DNA from: Candidatus Micrarchaeota archaeon
GTDB lineage: Archaea; Micrarchaeota; Micrarchaeia; Anstonellales; Bilamarchaeaceae
Direction of reading: 5' to 3'
Length of the DNA stretch: 64,000 nucleotides
Assembly (NCBI GenBank): GCA_038046805.1
Contig: JBBSVO010000004.1
Span: forward strand, 1-64,000
This document shows positions 58,932 through 64,000 of this stretch, one piece after another. Within the stretch, counting starts at the first letter, position 1. Each line of letters starts with the position of its first letter. A program made the position numbers and the translations under genes. Under the pieces are notes generated by a model, which was given only the letters and a program-made list of their open reading frames with translations, was not told the DNA's origin and ran no database searches.

Positions 58932-60247
58932 TAAAAGGTACAACCATGGGTGCACCAGAACCTAGGCAAAAGACTAAAGAGCCGACACGAGAAGAAATGC
59001 TAGCATTCGTGCGATCAGAGATAAATGTAAGGCCAGTAGCAATTGAGGATGTAAAAGATTTTATAAGAAAAAAATACGGCGATAACAAATTTGTCGCGTA
59101 CTTGTTATCTGGCATCACGTTTGATTATGTTCGTGATTATAGTTTATCATTACGCGCAGAATCAGATTTAGGAGAGTCTAAACTTAACAGTCCAGAATAT
59201 TCGTTTGGATGGAATAATTTTAACATTGTCACGCTGATTAGAACGGAACATCCTGTATTGAATGATGAGTATACAAATCTAATCAACACTAAAAATTTTG
59301 CAGTTATTTCGGAGAAGCTGCTTAAAGCATTATACGCGGTAATGCAAAAACAAAAAAAAGAACTGGAAGGCGAAAAGATCAAAGAAAGAATAATCGAGGC
59401 TACAGATCATGAGTTTGGGCATTTTATATTGTATAAAATTCAGACCAAAAAGGATAATTTTGGAATAGAATATGAAGAAATAGCGAAACACTTTACTCAA
59501 TTGATGCGAAAAAAGCAGGAACTTTTGGCCAGAATTGCAATGAACTATATTTCGTTATATTCGCAAGAGACTATAGCCAAGGTGATTAAGCGACTAGAAG
59601 ACGATTTTTTCGGTCCTATTGAAAAACCAGAAGATATCTGCCCAAATGGAAAGAAGATATTTGAGGAAATTGCAGAAACCGGGATTTCGTCAGAGATTAT
59701 AATTGCGGTTTCATCAAAAGAAATTTCTCCACGCATAACTAAAGATATGTGGGAACGATTATCTGAACGACTAGGCGAAAACGACCTAAGACGTTTAAAG
59801 TCTGAGGCAAAAACTGTTTCTGACCTGGATGGAAGAATTGGTTTAGGGGTTCAGATAGATGGTTCCGAATCTCGTGGCACTTGGATTACAGTAACGTATA
59901 GTAAAGAAGGCCATATGCTAGTCAAAAAGCATGGGTTAACCCCTGACCAGTACTTTCGATTTTCAAAGCTGCTGTCTTGTACGGCCATACGTGAAAGATT
60001 AATCCACGAATTGTTTGCAAGGTCTCTGGATTCTCTAACCGACGGTGAGGTGCAGGATAACTTTGAAAAGTTAAGGCCAGGAATAACGCATAAGGATCTG
60101 GAATTCTTTTCGCGTTTCGTATTTGAAGGAGAACCGATGTTTGATGTATTCATTAAGAGTATCGAACAGAAAATGAAGAAAGCAACGCCAAGAAAAATCG
60201 AAGAGGATGGAACTGATGCTAGAAGAAAACGACGAAACCCCGAATAA
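58928..60247 (+). CDS. Hypothetical protein with HExxH motif
   Basis: DHEFGHF and downstream HELFAR; overlaps both neighbours. Confidence 0.65.
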   Translation: MIKGTTMGAPEPRQKTKEPTREEMLAFVRSEINVRPVAIEDVKDFIRKKYGDNKFVAYLLSGITFDYVRDYSLSLRAESDLGESKLNSPEYSFGWNNFNIVTLIRTEHPVLNDEYTNLINTKNFAVISEKLLKALYAVMQKQKKELEGEKIKERIIEATDHEFGHFILYKIQTKKDNFGIEYEEIAKHFTQLMRKKQELLARIAMNYISLYSQETIAKVIKRLEDDFFGPIEKPEDICPNGKKIFEEIAETGISSEIIIAVSSKEISPRITKDMWERLSERLGENDLRRLKSEAKTVSDLDGRIGLGVQIDGSESRGTWITVTYSKEGHMLVKKHGLTPDQYFRFSKLLSCTAIRERLIHELFARSLDSLTDGEVQDNFEKLRPGITHKDLEFFSRFVFEGEPMFDVFIKSIEQKMKKATPRKIEEDGTDARRKRRNPE

Positions 60248-61259
60248 ACTCGGCTATTGCATGCCTACTGAATGGGAACCGCACGAAGGCACGTGGATAT
60301 CCTGGCCAAAGGATCCGGACACGTTTCCGGTTGGCAAGATTCGCGATGGTGCGGAAAAAACATTCTCATTGATGATCAAGGCATTGCAGCAGCACGAAAA
60401 AATATTCCTAATTGTGAACGACGCAGCATCAGAAGCTCACGTGCGGAAAAAGCTTTCCGAGCACGGCGTCGGAACGAACAACGTAATCTTCCACAATATC
60501 AAGAGCGTTGATGTCTGGACACGGGATTACGCACCAATATTTGTAAAGAATGACGAGGGAAAGGTGGCTGCAATCCGATGGATCTTCAATGCATGGGGAA
60601 ACAAATGGGAAGATTTGCTTCCTGATAATGAAACCGGAAATAGGATTGCCGAAACAGTTGAAGCCTCGGGCATTCGAGTATTCCGCCCTGGAATCGTAAT
60701 GGAAGGCGGTTCAATAGATACGAACGGAAAGGGCGTTTTTCTCACCACAGAACAATGTCTTCTTAACAAAAATAGAAACCCGCATTTGAGCCGTGCGCAA
60801 ATCGAATCGTATCTACGCGATTATCTAGGTGCAACAAAAATCATCTGGCTAAAGGATGGCGTAGCAGGAGACGATACCGACGGGCACGTAGATGATTTCG
60901 CCCGTTTTGTGAACGAGAATACAGTTGTATGCGCAATGGAAGATGATCCGAACGATGAAAATCATGCTCCGCTCAAAGAAAACTTCGAACTACTAAAAAA
61001 AGCCGGATTTAATGTTGTTCCACTTCCGATGCCGCGAAGGATTGACTGCCCAGAGCGGAGATTGCCAGTAAGCTATGCAAATTTCTACATAGGAAATGGC
61101 GTCGTGCTGCTTCCAGTGTTTGATGATCCGAACGATGAAAAGGCAAAATCAATCTTACAAAAATTATTCCCAAATAGAAAAGTAATTGGAATACCTGCGG
61201 TTGATTTGGTTTATGGGTATGGCGGGATACATTGCGCGACACAGCAGCAGCCGAAATAA
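60207..61259 (+). CDS. aguA: Agmatine deiminase
   Basis: MPTEWEPH, WTRDY, EGGSI, DDTDGHVD, SYANF, GGIHCATQQQP. Confidence 0.96.
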   Translation: MELMLEENDETPNKLGYCMPTEWEPHEGTWISWPKDPDTFPVGKIRDGAEKTFSLMIKALQQHEKIFLIVNDAASEAHVRKKLSEHGVGTNNVIFHNIKSVDVWTRDYAPIFVKNDEGKVAAIRWIFNAWGNKWEDLLPDNETGNRIAETVEASGIRVFRPGIVMEGGSIDTNGKGVFLTTEQCLLNKNRNPHLSRAQIESYLRDYLGATKIIWLKDGVAGDDTDGHVDDFARFVNENTVVCAMEDDPNDENHAPLKENFELLKKAGFNVVPLPMPRRIDCPERRLPVSYANFYIGNGVVLLPVFDDPNDEKAKSILQKLFPNRKVIGIPAVDLVYGYGGIHCATQQQPK

Positions 61260-61302
61260 TAAAGGATATGTTTAAAAGTGTTTAATTGTAATAATATCTT
61301 CT

Positions 61303-62547
61303 ATGTCCCTAATTCAAGATTTACGTAATCCTTCAAAAGCACAATTGGGGGCACATACCTGGCAATTAAGAGAAAAATTAGGCCATATGGTTGTCCTCGC
61401 AGAAACCGTTTCCCCCAGGGTACACAGCATTATGGTAACTACCGGATGCGACCATGGTTGCAGGTTTTGTTATCTCCCATCAGTTCCTCATGGAAGAGGA
61501 GAATCTATTTCTTTAGAAACTATACGAAAGGCGATTGTAACTCTTGGTCTATATAAGTCACCGGTTCTTACCGGCGGCGAGCCACTAGACCATCCGGATA
61601 TTGCAGCCATTGTTACTGCCACAAATGGAAAAATTGATTTTACAAATGGATTTTCAACCGAAATTCAACCACAACGTTGCGTTGAAATCCTCAATAAGGT
61701 TTCAAACAGAATCCAAGCCGTTAGTTTTAGCATTCATGAAAAAGATGCCGGATCCAACCCTGGGAGAGATATTGTGTTGAAGCATGCTGTTTTAACTCGT
61801 CCAGAACCATATACCCTAAAATTTTTGGTTGAGTTCGGGAAGGGATATGAAATTTTGGACGCGTGGCTCGACACTTTGCTTACTTTGGTATGCGACAAAC
61901 AGATACAAAGTGCGATGAGAGAAAACGTGAGTGTTTCTAATCATATTGCAGCTCTTCCGGGCATTCAACTGATTAACTTTAATCCCTCACCAATTGCAAA
62001 GGTCGGACGCGGATTGAAATTAGATGGGATATACGTCGGTGACGAAATAAGTTTTATACCCGAAGCCTTTGATTCGGTAGATAAAATTATTGGTGGTTCA
62101 GTTCTTTTTCCAGATGGCCGTCTTGCCTCACTGTTTCTTCAATGCTCTGGTCAAATGACAACAAATATTTTTGCGACTTTAGATGATGCGCCAGATGTGC
62201 AGAAAAGAGCGCTAAGATCCATGCTTAACGAATATCTTTCAGAAAAATTAGCGAGAAGCGACGAGGCGTTTGAGCGTGAAGCACACCACTATTTTGAAAG
62301 GGAATTTCAGTTGTTAAACTTTTTAATTGAATTTTTATCTACTTTCAGGAGACCAGATATTAAGAAAAAACTCGTTGAAATAAAGGATGCGATCGCCAAA
62401 GCAATCGGAATTCCTCCGAAAAGATGTAAAACATTGGTGGATCGCCTAAGCGATAGGGTAATAGACGAAGAAATAAAGAAAGTAGCGGAAGGACGCAGCA
62501 CCCCGCCTATCGTTGAATTCTTTTTACAGAATAATGTGCATCTTTAA
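61303..62547 (+). CDS. Radical SAM protein of unknown function
   Basis: CDHGCRFC, LTGGEPL, FTNG. Confidence 0.8.
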   Translation: MSLIQDLRNPSKAQLGAHTWQLREKLGHMVVLAETVSPRVHSIMVTTGCDHGCRFCYLPSVPHGRGESISLETIRKAIVTLGLYKSPVLTGGEPLDHPDIAAIVTATNGKIDFTNGFSTEIQPQRCVEILNKVSNRIQAVSFSIHEKDAGSNPGRDIVLKHAVLTRPEPYTLKFLVEFGKGYEILDAWLDTLLTLVCDKQIQSAMRENVSVSNHIAALPGIQLINFNPSPIAKVGRGLKLDGIYVGDEISFIPEAFDSVDKIIGGSVLFPDGRLASLFLQCSGQMTTNIFATLDDAPDVQKRALRSMLNEYLSEKLARSDEAFEREAHHYFEREFQLLNFLIEFLSTFRRPDIKKKLVEIKDAIAKAIGIPPKRCKTLVDRLSDRVIDEEIKKVAEGRSTPPIVEFFLQNNVHL

Positions 62548-63342
62548 ATACTCAAACACATGTTCCTGCATTTCTTTTCCCGAGCCAAATCCAAACTCCT
62601 TATGCAGCTGAAGAAGGTACGGATGCGGAGCAAAATGGGGAACTGTTATCGCGTAACCCTCCATATCCACCGAAGCCATTTTTGTCCCTAATCCTGTGCC
62701 GTATTTGCCATATGCATTCCGCAATTGAGTGGAACTAAGAACACGTTCACTGCTCACAATCCTGTTCTTCACAGGCTGATGAATGAAATTGAATTGAATT
62801 CTGATTTTTTCTGTTTTTCCGCTTATTAAGTTTCGCGCTGGCTTCTCCACGTCTGCTGAGATTTCAAATGAAGCAGTATCGTCGCTGCCGGTTACAGCCA
62901 CGCGCAACTCGCTCTTATCAAAATGCGCCAAGAGATAAGATGTAAAAAATTCAAATCCTTCGGTATGGGTTATTGTTTTTGACAGAAGCATCAGGTATTT
63001 TCCTGAAAAGAAGATTGATCGCGTTGCACCATGGGCGAATGATCTTCCGGCCTGCTCTTCATTCATGACTAGAGGCTGGTAGTAATTATTTGGAACCGCA
63101 TACGCCGCCCTTGGTTCAAAAAGCGGATGCTCGATTTTTGAAGGAAGATTCACAGTTGAGAAAACGTTTTTGCCGGCAGAAGAGAACGCTGCCAAGGCTT
63201 GAGGTGTTTTTGTATTTTCAAGACGCTTTACATCAGTTGAAAGCATCTCCTCCATAAATCGCAGATATTGCGGAATTTCCCTTGCCTTGTCACAGAAGTT
63301 GCACACGTTAGGACCTGTTTTATTGCCTTGTGCCCTGAGCAA
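62524..63342 (-). CDS. Hypothetical protein
   Basis: 272-aa ORF with N-terminal CNFC; start uncertain. Confidence 0.65.
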   Translation of the reverse strand: MLRAQGNKTGPNVCNFCDKAREIPQYLRFMEEMLSTDVKRLENTKTPQALAAFSSAGKNVFSTVNLPSKIEHPLFEPRAAYAVPNNYYQPLVMNEEQAGRSFAHGATRSIFFSGKYLMLLSKTITHTEGFEFFTSYLLAHFDKSELRVAVTGSDDTASFEISADVEKPARNLISGKTEKIRIQFNFIHQPVKNRIVSSERVLSSTQLRNAYGKYGTGLGTKMASVDMEGYAITVPHFAPHPYLLQLHKEFGFGSGKEMQEHVFEYLKMHIIL

Positions 63343-63374
63343 TGGGCCAACGGCTCACTACTCATAGCCAATCG

Positions 63375-64000
63375 CTACTTGCTAACTGCTTTGGTTTCCT
63401 TTACCTCTATTTTCTTAATCTCTGGCATGAAGCTTTTTGTCATTACCATAATAACCGCTTTCTTTTCCTCAAATGCATCGTCCTTTTCTATCTCGAACAT
63501 TGCTGTGCCATCTTTCAGGGATACGCTTGAAACGATCCCGATATCCTCTCCTATGGCCCTAAGCCGATCTTCTGGCGAAGTTATCACTTCGGTTATTTTC
63601 ACTTTATATCTGACTTTTTGCCCGGCAAGAGGATGATTAAAATCAACAAGAACCCTGCCTCCGCTTACGGATTTTATAGTTCCGTAAATCCTGCCTTGTT
63701 CGGTGTCAAGATGAACTGTAAGGCCTGGCTGTGGAGCGACATTATACCTTGCAAAATCTTCCATGCGCATTATTTTCGTATATTCCTTGCTTCTTTTTCC
63801 AAAAGCGTTTGCTTCGTTGAATTCAAATTCGGTTTCCTCTCCCCTGGACATTGAACGAATTGCGATATCAAGGCCTTTTATCAGCCTGTGTTTTCCAACA
63901 ACCACGAGTAATGGTCCTTCTTTCTTGTGAAGCGCTTTCGCTATTTCGCCTCGCGTACTGTCGAAGAGATTTCCGTTTTCATCGATTGCATCGTATTCTA
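63375..64000 (-). CDS. Long-type FKBP peptidyl-prolyl isomerase (5' end outside window)
   Basis: Frame open to window end: LFDST, LIKGLD, AFGKR, VDFNHPLAG. Confidence 0.93.
   Translation of the reverse strand, partial: EYDAIDENGNLFDSTRGEIAKALHKKEGPLLVVVGKHRLIKGLDIAIRSMSRGEETEFEFNEANAFGKRSKEYTKIMRMEDFARYNVAPQPGLTVHLDTEQGRIYGTIKSVSGGRVLVDFNHPLAGQKVRYKVKITEVITSPEDRLRAIGEDIGIVSSVSLKDGTAMFEIEKDDAFEEKKAVIMVMTKSFMPEIKKIEVKETKAVSK

Overview
A 64-kb chromosomal segment of an archaeon, most likely DPANN and plausibly Ca. Micrarchaeota. This is inferred from the archaeal 16S signature, the GTGGCAGC variant at the 515F site, archaeal ribosomal proteins and the gene mix; it was not tested phylogenetically. 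The window holds the 5' ~1.1 kb of a minus-strand 16S rRNA gene with four short insertions and a tRNA-Pro(CGG) split by three introns. Housekeeping genes include L7Ae, S28e, L24e, ndk, S24e, S27ae, aIF5A, kae1, hjc, nth, dph5, gltX, class II RNR, FBP aldolase/phosphatase, bacterial-type metK, argGH and aguAB. There is a dispersed mevalonate cluster with two alternative routes from mevalonate-5-phosphate, two tandem toxin-antitoxin pairs and many orphan ORFs. The most striking locus is a two-gene unit encoding a HypC-domain/HydE-like radical SAM fusion and a motif-complete HydG, joining [NiFe]- and [FeFe]-hydrogenase maturation parts with no hydF or hydrogenase in the window. Non-coding signals include a 7-nt repeat family shared by an rRNA insertion, a tRNA intron and an in-frame protein insertion, a recurrent hairpin displaying the SD in its loop, multi-hairpin junction elements and an unassigned ~276-nt structured RNA. 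All calls come from reading motifs by eye; no searches were run.
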